From an uncultured Lachnospiraceae bacterium (lineage in GTDB: Bacteria > Bacillota > Clostridia > Christensenellales > UBA1242): a DNA stretch of 64,000 nucleotides. The notes beneath the pieces are model-generated. The model saw only the letters and a program-made list of their open reading frames with translations. It made no database searches and had not been told where the DNA came from. Location of the stretch: NCBI GenBank assembly GCA_964521165.1, contig CAZFRA010000002.1:66320-130319 (forward strand). Direction: 5' to 3'. The position numbers and the translations under genes are program-made. Shown here in pieces: positions 18,965 to 31,500 of the stretch. The first letter of the stretch is position 1, and each line of letters opens with the position of its first letter.

Positions 18965-19600
18965 GTGGAAAATATTTCAAAACAAGTTGTTTCATTGGAA
19001 GAAAAAAAGTGTATAGGCTATGTCTTAAAACCTTTGATAGATTTTTCATCTTTGAAAAAAGTTGGATATATTGTTGTGGAAGAGGAAACGGAACAAGAAT
19101 TTCTTTTGCGAAGAGAGAATATTCTTTTTTGTCGAGATATTGTTTTAATTTCGTCTTCCAGCGTCTTAGAAATTTCAAACATAGAAGACGAATTCCGTAA
19201 AAAAGTTCTTTCCACTTCTGGTGAAGATTTAGGAAATGCTCGGGAATATGTTTTTCAAAGAAATTTTTTGAGAAAGATTGTCACGGACAGAGCAGAGATC
19301 TCTTCAAAATATATCGTCGACTTTAGCAATGATATCATTTTTGTTTCTTTTAAAAAACGCCGAACTTTCCCAAGGTTTTTGAAGGAAGATATGAAGGTGG
19401 AGATTATGGATAAAAAGTTGGAACTTCCACCAATCATCAATCTCTCGCCGAGTTACTATCTTGGCAAGGTGGCAACCAAAACTTTGCTTGGTATCAACAA
19501 TGAGTTGATAATAAAGGAAGGTACTGTTATCACCAAGCCGATATTCGACAAAGCAAAAAGGCATAATAAAATCAATGAATTATTTTTTATTTGCAAATAA
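18965..19600 (+). CDS. Hypothetical protein, possibly PRC-barrel-like
   Basis: 211 aa with a GTG start after AAGGGG. The N-terminal pattern CIGYVLKPLIDFSSLKKVGYIVV and the C-terminal YYLGKVATKTLLGINNELIIKEGTVITKPIFDKAKRH resemble PRC-barrel proteins. This is tentative. Confidence 0.5.
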   Translation: MENISKQVVSLEEKKCIGYVLKPLIDFSSLKKVGYIVVEEETEQEFLLRRENILFCRDIVLISSSSVLEISNIEDEFRKKVLSTSGEDLGNAREYVFQRNFLRKIVTDRAEISSKYIVDFSNDIIFVSFKKRRTFPRFLKEDMKVEIMDKKLELPPIINLSPSYYLGKVATKTLLGINNELIIKEGTVITKPIFDKAKRHNKINELFFICK

Positions 19601-19898
19601 AAAAATAAAAAATATTAAAAAAATCGCAAAATTTTTTTAAAAAATACAAAAAAATTGATATTTTTTGTGTTTTTTTATTATTTTTTATTAAAAATTTTCG
19701 CATTTTGCGTTTAGTATTAACGTATGAGATTTTAAATTGTTTTAGATAAATTAAAAAAATATGAATATTGCTATTTTTAAAAAGTATTTCGGGATTATTT
19801 TTATACTAAGAATAAAGTTATTTATTTTTTATTTTTTTATTTAATTTATTTGTATTTTTAGGTCGATTTGTAGTATCATAATTTCAAGAAGGTGGTGT

Positions 19899-22568
19899 AT
19901 GGTTAGAATTATTCCAAGAAAAACAAAAATCAAATTTGAATTTTTCCGCGGTGTGACAGGGCTGGATATCAGTCTTGCCTTTATTTTTGCTGCGATTGCT
20001 GCAATTTTGTTTGCTGCAAATTTTGAATTCCACATTTGGATTGGTCTTGCTTGGGTCATCATTGCCGTTTCTATGTTTTTCAAGTTTGCCGACGATGTTC
20101 GCTTTTATGTGACAATGATTTACCTTTTGAAATATTCCGTTCAAAAGAAAAAATTTGTTAAAGGCTCAGACGACAAAAAAGGCGACATATCAGAAATTCT
20201 TCCATACGAAAATATTTTGCAAGATAGATACATTAACTATGGTTCATATTACGGAATGGTTATCGAAGTTCAACCGATGTTCTTTACCCTTCTCACTGAA
20301 AGTTTTCAAGATAATGTTATCAACAGTTTTGCTAACGCAATTATGCGCTTAAACAATGACCAAACTTGCTCAATTGTGAAAGTGCGTAAACCGATGGTTC
20401 TGGATAGATACATCTTTAACGAAAACAAAAAATATGACACTTTGTATGACCTTCAATACGACGGGCAGATAACCGAAGAAGAAATTGACACGCGAAGTCC
20501 AATCTTTGAAGAAAGAGTTTCCTTCTATGAAATGCTTAACCGTCAACAAAAGGTTTATAAAGACTATTTCTATCTCATTATTTTTGACAAAGATAGGGAA
20601 CTTTTGGAAAACACCTGCAATGGTGTTATTAGTTCAATGGCAAATTCTCTCAATCCAATTTCCTCAAAAATTTTGGAAGGACACGAACTTTATGTTTTCT
20701 TAAGAGCAAATCTTGGCAAAGAGTTTGACGAAAGAGAATTGGATGTTTTGCCGTTCAATAAATATATGGACTGGGTGACTCCAGATCGAATCAAATTCAA
20801 TATTGCAAAATTCTATGTTAACAAAGACTGCTATCGTTGTTTCAATATTATTGACTATCCAATTCAAGTTGGAAATGCGTGGGGTGCTCCGTTCTTCCTT
20901 CTCGACCGCACAAGAGTGGTAATGAAATTTAGTCCAACTCAAAAACTTGACGCCGAAAGACAAATCGACAAGGCGATAATGGAAATGGAGTCCAAGTTGA
21001 ATAAGGCGGGCAGAAGTTCTGCTCAAATCGACTTACAAACTCACCTTGACACCTTGCGTCAACTTTTGGTCGGTTTAAAAAACAATAACCAACAACTATA
21101 CAATGTTAACACCTACATAATCGCAGAAGATGTGGCAAAAAAAGATGTGCGCGCAATACTTAAACAACAAGGTTTTAAATATAGCGAAATGTTTTCTCGT
21201 CAAATTGATGGCTTTATCTCATCCAATGTTTCGCGAAGAGATTCGATGAAAACGACAATGCGTGGTATGCCAACCGAAACTTTGGCGGCAACTTTTCCGT
21301 TTATATCCAATTCTTTGCAAGACGAAAATGGTATCTACATCGGTTATAACGAATATCCAGTGTTTGTAGACTTCTTTAAGCGTGACCGCGAAAGAGTTAA
21401 CTCGAATATGATGGTTATCGGAAAGTCGGGCTCGGGAAAGAGTTATGCCACAAAAACACTTTTAACCAACTTCTCTGCCGATAACTGTAAAATCTTCATT
21501 CTAGACCCGGAAAACGAATATAAGGAATTAACTAAAAATCTTGGCGGAAAGTTTATCGATGTTGGTTCTTCTTTGCAAGGTATTATCAATCCTTTCCATG
21601 TTATCACCTCACTTGACGCTAGCGAAGAAGAAGTTGACGAGTTCGATGAAAATGGTGAATTGATAATCAAAGTTCAAACTGTCGACGACTCCTTCACTCA
21701 ACACCTTCAATTTTTGGAACAATTCTTCCGCGTAATTTTGGAAGGTATCAGTTCGGACGCGTTCGAAGTTTTGAACTCGCTTATTATTGATGTCTATAAA
21801 CAAAAAGGCATCACTTATCAAACCAATCTTTCCAAGTTTAAACCGGAAGATTATCCAATTTTCGACGATTTATATAATCTTATTTTGGAAAAGCTTAAAA
21901 CGGCAAAAGACGACTTTTTGTTGCGAAACTTAATGACGGTGGAAACTTATATCAAAAAGTTTGCGACTGGTGGAAGAAACAGTGCGCTTTGGAATGGTCC
22001 AACATCCATTGAAACAAACGAAAACTTCGTTACTTTCAACTTTCAGTCGTTGGTTGCGGGGAACAATCCAACAGTTACAAACGCGCAAATGCTTCTCGTG
22101 TTCCGTTATCTAAACAACGAAATTATCAACAACAAAGACTTTAACCAAAAATATCACAAAAACAGAAAAATCATCGTGGCGGTGGACGAGGCACACATCT
22201 TCATCAATCCGAAATATCCAATCGCTCTGGACTTTATGGCGCAAATGGCAAAGCGTATCAGAAAGTATGGCGGTATGCAAATCGTCATCACGCAAAACCT
22301 TGCCGACTTTGTCGGTTCCGACGAAATCAAGCGTCAGTCCACGGCAGTTATCAACGCGTGCCAGTATTCTCTCATCTTCTCGCTGGCGCCTAACGATGTT
22401 AACGACCTTATTGAACTTTACTCCAAATCTGGTGGTATCAACGAAGAAGAACAGAACTCAATCGTGACGGCGGGCGTTGGTCAAGGGTTTTTAATCACTG
22501 GTCCAACATCCAGAACAACAGTGCAAGTCACTGCACATGATTATGTCAAGCAACTCTTTGGCGGTTAA
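19899..22568 (+). CDS. VirB4/TrsE/PrgJ-family type IV secretion ATPase with a fused N-terminal PrgI/VirB3-like two-TM module
   Basis: 889 aa. The N-terminus is KIKFEFFRGVTGLDISLAFIFAAIAAILFAANF...IWIGLAWVIIAVSMFF. Walker A is MMVIGKSGSGKSYATK and Walker B is KIIVAVDEAHIF. Overall size and layout match Gram-positive VirB4-like ATPases. AAGGTGG SD is present. Confidence 0.8.
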   Translation: MVRIIPRKTKIKFEFFRGVTGLDISLAFIFAAIAAILFAANFEFHIWIGLAWVIIAVSMFFKFADDVRFYVTMIYLLKYSVQKKKFVKGSDDKKGDISEILPYENILQDRYINYGSYYGMVIEVQPMFFTLLTESFQDNVINSFANAIMRLNNDQTCSIVKVRKPMVLDRYIFNENKKYDTLYDLQYDGQITEEEIDTRSPIFEERVSFYEMLNRQQKVYKDYFYLIIFDKDRELLENTCNGVISSMANSLNPISSKILEGHELYVFLRANLGKEFDERELDVLPFNKYMDWVTPDRIKFNIAKFYVNKDCYRCFNIIDYPIQVGNAWGAPFFLLDRTRVVMKFSPTQKLDAERQIDKAIMEMESKLNKAGRSSAQIDLQTHLDTLRQLLVGLKNNNQQLYNVNTYIIAEDVAKKDVRAILKQQGFKYSEMFSRQIDGFISSNVSRRDSMKTTMRGMPTETLAATFPFISNSLQDENGIYIGYNEYPVFVDFFKRDRERVNSNMMVIGKSGSGKSYATKTLLTNFSADNCKIFILDPENEYKELTKNLGGKFIDVGSSLQGIINPFHVITSLDASEEEVDEFDENGELIIKVQTVDDSFTQHLQFLEQFFRVILEGISSDAFEVLNSLIIDVYKQKGITYQTNLSKFKPEDYPIFDDLYNLILEKLKTAKDDFLLRNLMTVETYIKKFATGGRNSALWNGPTSIETNENFVTFNFQSLVAGNNPTVTNAQMLLVFRYLNNEIINNKDFNQKYHKNRKIIVAVDEAHIFINPKYPIALDFMAQMAKRIRKYGGMQIVITQNLADFVGSDEIKRQSTAVINACQYSLIFSLAPNDVNDLIELYSKSGGINEEEQNSIVTAGVGQGFLITGPTSRTTVQVTAHDYVKQLFGG

Positions 22569-22597
22569 TAATTAGGTTAAAAATAAAAAGGAGTCAT

Positions 22598-25500
22598 ATG
22601 TCGAAAACAATTAAGGGGGGTATAATTGGACTTATTTCTGCAATGTCATTTTTGCTTGCAGGACTCTTTTTTGTTGGCTGTACATACGATATCTCCAATG
22701 TTTCCGTTTCAGCAAGCGCAAATTCCATAACTCTTGAACTTGACGGAATGAACGAAAGTCAGGATCTGGTTTTTACCATAAATAACGCGCCAAGCGGTTT
22801 TTCTAATACACTAAAATTTAATGTTGACAATGAAGGAGTGGTGGAAATTTCTTCGCCAGTCACAAATGGCAACACAACCACCGTGACTGTCACAGCACTT
22901 GCCGGCGGAACGGCAACCATTATGGCGATAACAGAAGAAGGGTATAAATACACCACCGTGCAAATCAATGTTATTCAACACTCCGAAACCTTGGAATTTA
23001 ACAACTCTTCTCTTTATGTTTCCAACTCCACACCTTTTGTGGTTGGCGATGGATATTACTACTTCGATGCAAACACGACAGATAAAAATATGTCGTTTTA
23101 CTTCTTTGAAAATGACATAACTTCTTTAACTTTTAGTGCCATTGAAAATAATGAAATTATCTTCAATTCATCTCGCTACACAATTGGTGAGCAAGCGTTT
23201 TTGTTTGATACGGCATACATCGAAGGTGATAATTTGGTTGTTACATTAAACGGCGAAGAAGTTGCAAGAACGGCACTTGGAAGCACCTTCAACTTTTTGG
23301 CGTTTTATGATTATTCGTCAAACTACACCGTTCAACTTGCGTGCATAAATGAAGTTTATATTTTGGAAGATTTGGATGTTGAAATAACAGGCGGATATGT
23401 CACGACCAGTAGCGACATAACTTTTGGTGTAATTGAAAATAGCGAAATTTTAATCGCGCCAAACACCACCGGCAGTTTTGATGCCAGCACTTTCATTTTG
23501 AAAATCAACATAAAAAACAACAGCGAACTTGTTGATTTTGACTTTTCAAGGTCTGAAATTGTTCAAATTGACAACTATGATTATAGCGAAGAAGGCATCG
23601 AAGGGGCGGTTTATTATCTTAAAATTTCATACAATGTTTTCAATAACATTTCAGACAGTATAACGGTTAGTGTAAAATATAGCCAACTCGATATGAATGT
23701 GCAAGATAGTAGCGTAAGTTTTTGGCAAACTTTTGACATTCAAGTGATTGTTGTGCCGGTTGAAATTTTACTGAACGGGCAGGGGGCTTCTGAATATTCC
23801 AGCGAAGATAATCCACTTATCGTATATAACCAATATCAAGCGCCAGAATATGGTTGGCAAGAACTGTTGGTTTCGCTCTCGGCAGGCGTGAATATTCAAC
23901 CTGCATATTCTTATGCTTACATCGAATTTAATGTCAGCAATGAAGAACTTGAGTTTCAACAAAGTGCAACCACCAGCAGTGGTTTAGAGTATTTGGCATC
24001 AATTTCAAGCGGACAGAGAATTACTGATTTAAGTCAGTCTTTTCAATTTAGAGGTCACAGAGGAATATCGGCAGACGACACTGTTAGTACTTTCACAATT
24101 TATGTTGTTTGCGAAAATATTTTGGATAACGACGGCAATCCATACACACTTTCTGTTGATGTTTACTATAAAATCGTGAACGGCGTTACAATTATTGAAC
24201 GTAACGGAAATTTGGGACAAGGTTCGACCATTTATTTGGACTATGTTGACGCTCTTTCCGAAACGGTTATTTTGGACAACTATTTATTTGCCGATGCCAT
24301 TTTCAAAAGTATCTCATTTGAATTTGTTTCTGGCAGTAATGTTGTTTCTTTTGTAACTTTTGAAAATTGTTGTGTTGATGCCGGCAATTCCATATATTTC
24401 CTATATTTTGGCGTCAACTCGCGAGCTGTTGGTACAGGGATTTATAATATTATTTTGGATAATGGAACTTACATCACAATCACTTTCACTGTGGTGAACA
24501 CACTTAAATCAAGTAGCACATACATAGACATCTCGGAAACCGGGAACATTGCATATTACTCTTTTGAAAGTTCAAATAACGATGATTTTTATGATGTTTT
24601 AAATTTGGAGCTTCTCAATCCAACCGAACTTGTGGACGGAACTTATACGACAATATTCTCACAAACTTCAAGCATATCTTTTGCAGGTAACATTCAAAGT
24701 ATCGACGAAACTACGGGTGCAGATTGGAACGAAGGTGTGGTTACATACACTCAAATTAACACAACAATGTTCACCTTTGAAACGCGTGCAAACGGCGTGA
24801 CGCAAATTCAATTTAGGGTGACGGGCTATACAGTCAATGAAAACTACCAAAGCACCACCACTATTTTAATTTTCACGGTAAATATCGTTTCATATTCGCT
24901 TCTCACTGAATTTTACTATCTTAACAATGGTACTTATGCTGTGGACAATGTGATATATTATGGTAGCAACAACATTCCGGACTCGGACAGACAGGTTGTT
25001 TTGACGGTTAATGCTTCGCCGACTGAATCTTTCAATTTTTATCAATATACCTTTACTGACGAATTTTTGCAAACATTTGCAGATTATGCCTTAAATTCAA
25101 GCAGCGCAACAGGATTATCCTTCACAATCGACAACACCAATTTTAGTCAATATCTTTCTTCAAGTTTGGTTCAAGAAGAGTATGATGATAAGTTTATATT
25201 CTATTATGTCCAAAACAACACTTCAAATAACACCAGCGCTTTGGTGACGGCAACAACGGTGAGAGTTGTAGTTGGTGGGTTTGAAACAGAAGTGACACTC
25301 ATTTTTGAAAACGGCTTTATGTTCTATGTGGAAGGAATAATAAGTTTCACATACACAACGGGTGGCAATTTCAATGCAAGTCTTACTTTCACAAATCAAT
25401 TTACAATCGGTCAAATCGGCACTTTTGACCTTACAACAATGACTTTTGTTTCACAACTGTCGCAACAATCTGTGGAATTGGTTATTCACGCATATGTACG

Positions 25501-28500
25501 TCAAAGAAATTATAGCCGAATGACTTATGACATCAATATTTCTTCTGAAATATACATTGCTGTGGACGACATTTCAACCGCTGGCGCTATCGATGAACTT
25601 ATCTTCACAAACAGCAATTTGGAAGAAACTTTTACGGTTTACATCACACCACAAAACGCTACAAATTCGAATTTGACCTTTGAATATGTTCCAACCAACG
25701 AAATCTCGGACAGTTTGATTGAAGTCACAATTGTTGAGCGCGTTTTAGGAACATACACCGTAACAGTTTCGGCACAGCGTTTCTATGACACCACCGATAA
25801 CATAGACGAAATCAACGACACTTTGGCGGGAACACTCTATATCTATCCATCAGAGTGGGGTGAAAATGCATCGGTTATCCTTGGCTATACGCCGATAAGT
25901 ATCGCAATTTCCTATCGCAATGGCTCCGAAAATAACCGCTTAATTTTGGAAACAGCAGACGATATTTTAGCGATAGGTACGAACGAAAAAACGCTTTCGA
26001 GTCACTATGAAATTCGAAATATCATCAATCTTGAAAACGCATCAACTTCGCTTATTACTTCAATCGGCATCATTAACGGTGAAGTTATCGGCTTCTCGGG
26101 CAGTATTGTCGGCACAACGTCGCAAGCGGGCATAATGAATGTTAATCTTACGGGCAACACGCAAAATGTGGGAATTTATTACACAACTGTCGGCAGCGAT
26201 TTATATTATGGTTTATTTGCTCAAATTAACGAAGGAGCATATATTAAAAATCTTGCGATAACCGGCTCTTTCGGGCAAGATATTCAACTCACTAACTCAA
26301 ATAACTATGTTGGAATTTTGACAGCGATAAACTATGGCAAAATTTCCAATGTTTCGGTCACCATAAGTTCTAGTTGCAACATAACACCTTCGAGTCAGTC
26401 GTATATCGGCACACTTGCGGGCGTAAATTACGGCGAAATTGTGCAATATTTTTCCGCTTATAATGCCGATTATTATGATAGTTTAGGAGATGATTTTTAT
26501 TACACCATAGATGATGTTTCGGGCGAGTTTGGTTTTGATAATCAAACAGTGAAAAATATGGCATACTTTGAAGGGTTATTGACTATTAACGCCACAAATT
26601 CGGGTAATATCTATATCGGCGGTGTTGCTGGTGCCGCCCATGGTGATATAATAAGGCAAGATGACACTTCACTGAGTATTTATGGTTATTCCAACTACTC
26701 TGCATATGTAAATATTCTCGTAACGGGTGGCAATGCAAATGTTTACGCGGGCGGAATTGTTGGCTATGCTTACACCGAATCCATTCTTAACCTTAACAAT
26801 TTGATTGTGGGCGGTGAAGTTGATTGTCAATATCAAACCGCCAGTGGCTCATCGTATGTTGGCGGGATTGTTGGTTTTGCCACAATGGAAGGTTCAAGTG
26901 AACTTGAAATTAACATTTTTAACAACATTTCGCGTGTCTTCTTGCGTGGGAAAGAATATGTCGGTGGAATTATTGGTTATGATGATTATATCAATTATGG
27001 AAACAGTGGGGGTATTTATTATAACGAATTTGACGGCGGACTTATTATATCTTCCAACAGCATTCAAGCAGTGGATGACGGAAGAAGTGCTTATGATGCG
27101 TCAATGATAATTATTTATTCAGATGCGGACAAACTTAATGCAAATTATGATGATACTATTATTTTTGCAGTTGGAAACGCTGTTGATGGCAATCGAAGTT
27201 TTTATCAAGGGTTAAACAATACTTCAGTGGATTTTGAAGCAATTTCTTATATTAATCGAACATTGATTTACAATTCAATCGTTACTAGAAATTCAAATTA
27301 CAGTTACACCATATCAGAAATCTCCACAACTCACTATTATGCCGACTATTTGGTAATTAATGGTGATAATGAAATTTTGACAAGTGAAACCTTTGAATTT
27401 AAATCAGTGGAAATTGGTGTTTCCGCAGAAGAAGACCAATTTAGGTTATATAGCGAAGATGGTTCTTTGTATGTTTACCTTTCTTTCTATTTCAACGCAG
27501 ATTCTTTCATAAGTGCACAAAACGACAATTTGGATGCACAAGACATTGTCGATGACCTTAACACTTTTTCACCAGATTCGGAATTTTATCCATTCAGTTT
27601 GGAAACTCGCGATGCCGAGATAATTTCTTCCACAACTTCGGTGGTAAGTGTTGACTCATACGGAATTATCACCACTTTGAGCGAAGGAAGGGCGACGATT
27701 AGATTGCAAAGTATTTTGAATGTGCAAGAAACGATAAGCATTTATCTTTATGTTGTTAACTTTTTCAATAAAGATGTTGAAGGTTCAGTTTTCTATACCA
27801 GCAACACGGCAGATGCCGAACAAGTTGTTAATAACACACAAATCAATGTTTATGGTTCACGCCAATCCACGATTTATGCAGTGGCGACTTATGATTATGA
27901 AGGAGAAGATTGGTCTGTTTCCACCGATGGTGTTTTGCGTTATCAAAATATGAGCATACAACTTGCTCAAAACACTTCTCTCCAAGTTTCTGTGGAAGGC
28001 ACAGACGGCTCCGATGGCAACTATACAAAAAGCATAATCAACGGACAACAAGTAACTTTCATTAGAAAAACGGCAGGACAAACAAACGGCAGTGCTGACA
28101 CATACAATCTTAGCGCTTATGTTGCCACCGAAATTGACGGCAACACCTACAAAAAAGTGATTGGCGGAAGCAACTCGATTGAAATTGATGTCAGATATCT
28201 TGAAACCGCCACCAGCATCAATATCACATCCAGCGGGGCATCAATGCAAACGAGCGATAGCATAAAAGAAACAATATACATCACTTCGCTCAACGAAGAA
28301 CTTATATATTATCGCATATATTTGGTGGATGACAATGGTGAAACAATATCCATTGTGCAATCAAGAATGGAAACACAAGACTCAATAACTAATTGGACGC
28401 AATATGTTAACACATATTCCAGCGACACCGATCTTTTTGAGTTGTATTTTGAATATTCAGACAGCAATCTTTTCAATATAACACTTTCAGTAAATAAAAA

Positions 28501-31500
28501 CAGCGAAATCTATCAAAATCGCGAATTTAACGATATTTATGGCAACTATGTCATTGTTTTCTATGCCAACGAACTTGATGCTGAAGATGCAGTTTCTTGC
28601 TCATATAAATTTTATTTGAGCGAAGCGGAAGTTTCCAACATCACGGCAAGCAACTATTCTAACTTCAACGACATCTCCACTTCTGACCAAACAATTGTTC
28701 CGTCGCAATATGGACTTTTAGAAATTACAATCGACCCAATTGAAGCGGAATTTAACACTTTCACAATATCCAATGATGATATGAACTATCTTGACGGTGC
28801 AGGCGTGGCAATGTTTACTTTTGTTTACCAAACTTCTGTCAACGGAATTGTAACATTTATTCCAGACAGCGAATTTGGCGAATACTCGAATGGTGTGTTT
28901 ACTTTCACATATGATGAATTGATGACTTATATCGACGATGTGAACGCTGGCATTGAAGATAAGAACTCTCACATAAAATATAATGGAGTAATCTATCTTC
29001 GATATTTGATGCCTTCAAGCGGAGTGGAAGATAGTATGTCAATTCGATTCAATGTTACTGTGACTTACACGAAAAACAACGAACAACGCGAAGCATACAC
29101 TTCCATTGATTTAACCACAAAACTTTCAAATTATGCCATCTTGTCATTTGATGATAAAGACGAAAGCGATGTTTACTATGTTGCTCGTGGTTTGAGTTAT
29201 AATTTGACATTGGAATACTATGGCTTTGGATTAAGCGATATTACAATCACGGTTTCTGACGATTCAATCGCCCAAATTACTGGCTCGAACAGATCGTATG
29301 TTTTAAGTATAACTTCCGACGAAATATCCTACACCGACGACATAGGTCGCCGAATCGTTATTTATGTCAACGCCAGCAGGGTGGTGGACAATCGCACGAT
29401 TGAATACACGCAAGAAATTGTCGTTTATGTTATGGAATATGTCTTTAATTATGAATACACTGAAGGCGTGAACGAAGATATTGTCAGCGGAATGAGCGAT
29501 GGTGTCATCTCCACGGCAATAGGCAATGCATATAGTTTGGCTATCGATGTTTGGGATCTTATGGAATACGACTCATCAAATGCTCAAGTGGTGGCAAATG
29601 TTCAAACGTTCATCAACGGTTTGACGGCGAACACCACCTTCTCGGTTCATAACAATTTGACAGGGTTTACTTACACTCTTTCAAGCGGCAACACCATTTA
29701 TTCTGATTATTACATCATTAACGGTCTGGTGTTCACTGCTATAAGGCTTTACGAACCAGAACAAGATATATACTACTTCATTGTCAGCGGTGAATATGCA
29801 ATGCGAAATGGCATATATCTAACTGGTAGCAACAACACATATGAAAAGCACGAAATATACTCTGTCTTCTCCTTCTCAATACATCAACAAAGCACAGATG
29901 AAAGTCCACTTCCAATCGAAAGTTATGAAGACTTTCTTGCAATGGAAGACGGTGAATACTATATTCTTTTGACGGATATCGTTCTTCCAAATCAGGACGA
30001 CATAACTTACGATCAATTCTCGCCAATCACCGCAAATATTGCAGGTTTTGACGGAAATGGCTACACCATTTTAATGGGCGGCTCGTATTACTACGATTCT
30101 TCCGTTCAAAACTTTGGCGTGTTTGAAAATATCGGCGGAAATAACACAAGTGCCGTTTTCAAAAATATTTCAATTGAAATCTACGCTAATATGAGTGTTG
30201 TTTTGGAAGCATCTTCCTTTAATATTGGGCTTTTGGCGACCACCAACAACGCTATTGTGACAAATTGTAGCGTTACAACCACCAACAATTCCACTTTGTC
30301 GGTAACTTACACCAATTCGGTTTCGAGTGCGTATGTTGCTGGTTTGGTTGGACTCAACACAGGTATTATCACAAACTCGATGACGTCTGTTGATATCATC
30401 ACAAATGTCAATCTTTCGGGCTTTGTTAACTCCAATTCAGGAACAATCTCATCTTCTGCATTTAGGGGTGGCAGTTTAGTTAACGACACCAACAGCGCTA
30501 CGGAATACACCGCCGGTTTTGTTCTTCAAAACTCTGGCGAGATATACACTTCATATGTTTCTGGTGTGGAAGACGATACAGTTGATGCTGTATTCTATCA
30601 AGGTTCGGATGATTATATTCAATCGGATAATACCGTTGCTGGTTTTGTCTTCACCAATAGCGGATATATCGGCGATTGCTACACGAACATCAATATCCAA
30701 ACCACAGGTTCATATTCTGCCGGTTTTGTCTTCACTAATGAAGAGAATGGCGAAATACGCACTTCCTTCTCGCTCAGCACACTTTCGAGTAACGATACAT
30801 TCAGTTTTGGTTTTGCAAGGTCGAACACAGGCTATATTTGGGACTGCTATTATCTCTCTCAAAGAGCGGGAATTTACAATTTGACGAATGTTAACGGCGT
30901 TGTTAATAACAACATTAGTATAACAGTGCAGAATGATGTTAACATTGCCACTTCCGATTTGTATACTGACCCAACTCGTCACAATGTTCAAGCAATTTCT
31001 TTGCAAGACTTTATTATCTGCGATGAAGGTGATTTCGAAGAATATTTCGCAAATTATGCTTACACTGACAACCGAAATTATAATTCCGTTTGGTTCTATA
31101 ATAATGAAAATCGAACGAGTGACTATAATGGAAAATCCTTCAACTTATATAGGTTGGAACTTGTGGCTCCAAACATCACTGCCTTCTCGCAAAGATATCT
31201 ATATTCCACCGAAGAAGTTACCGACGAAACCACAGGCTTGACCACGGTTGTTTATAACTATGTCAACACGGAAGAAGCTGGCGTTACGGGAAGCGTATAC
31301 AATCCAATTCTTCTCGACTCTGCCGACCACTTTGAAGAATACATCCTAAATGAAAACGACAATAATAACTATAACTACTCCTACTATAGAATTATCAACA
31401 ATATCGATTACTCCGAATATACAGGCTCTGGCAACAGCAACCTATACACCACAAAATTTTTGGGATACATTGAAGGTAACTTTTTGACAGTTTCTGGAAT

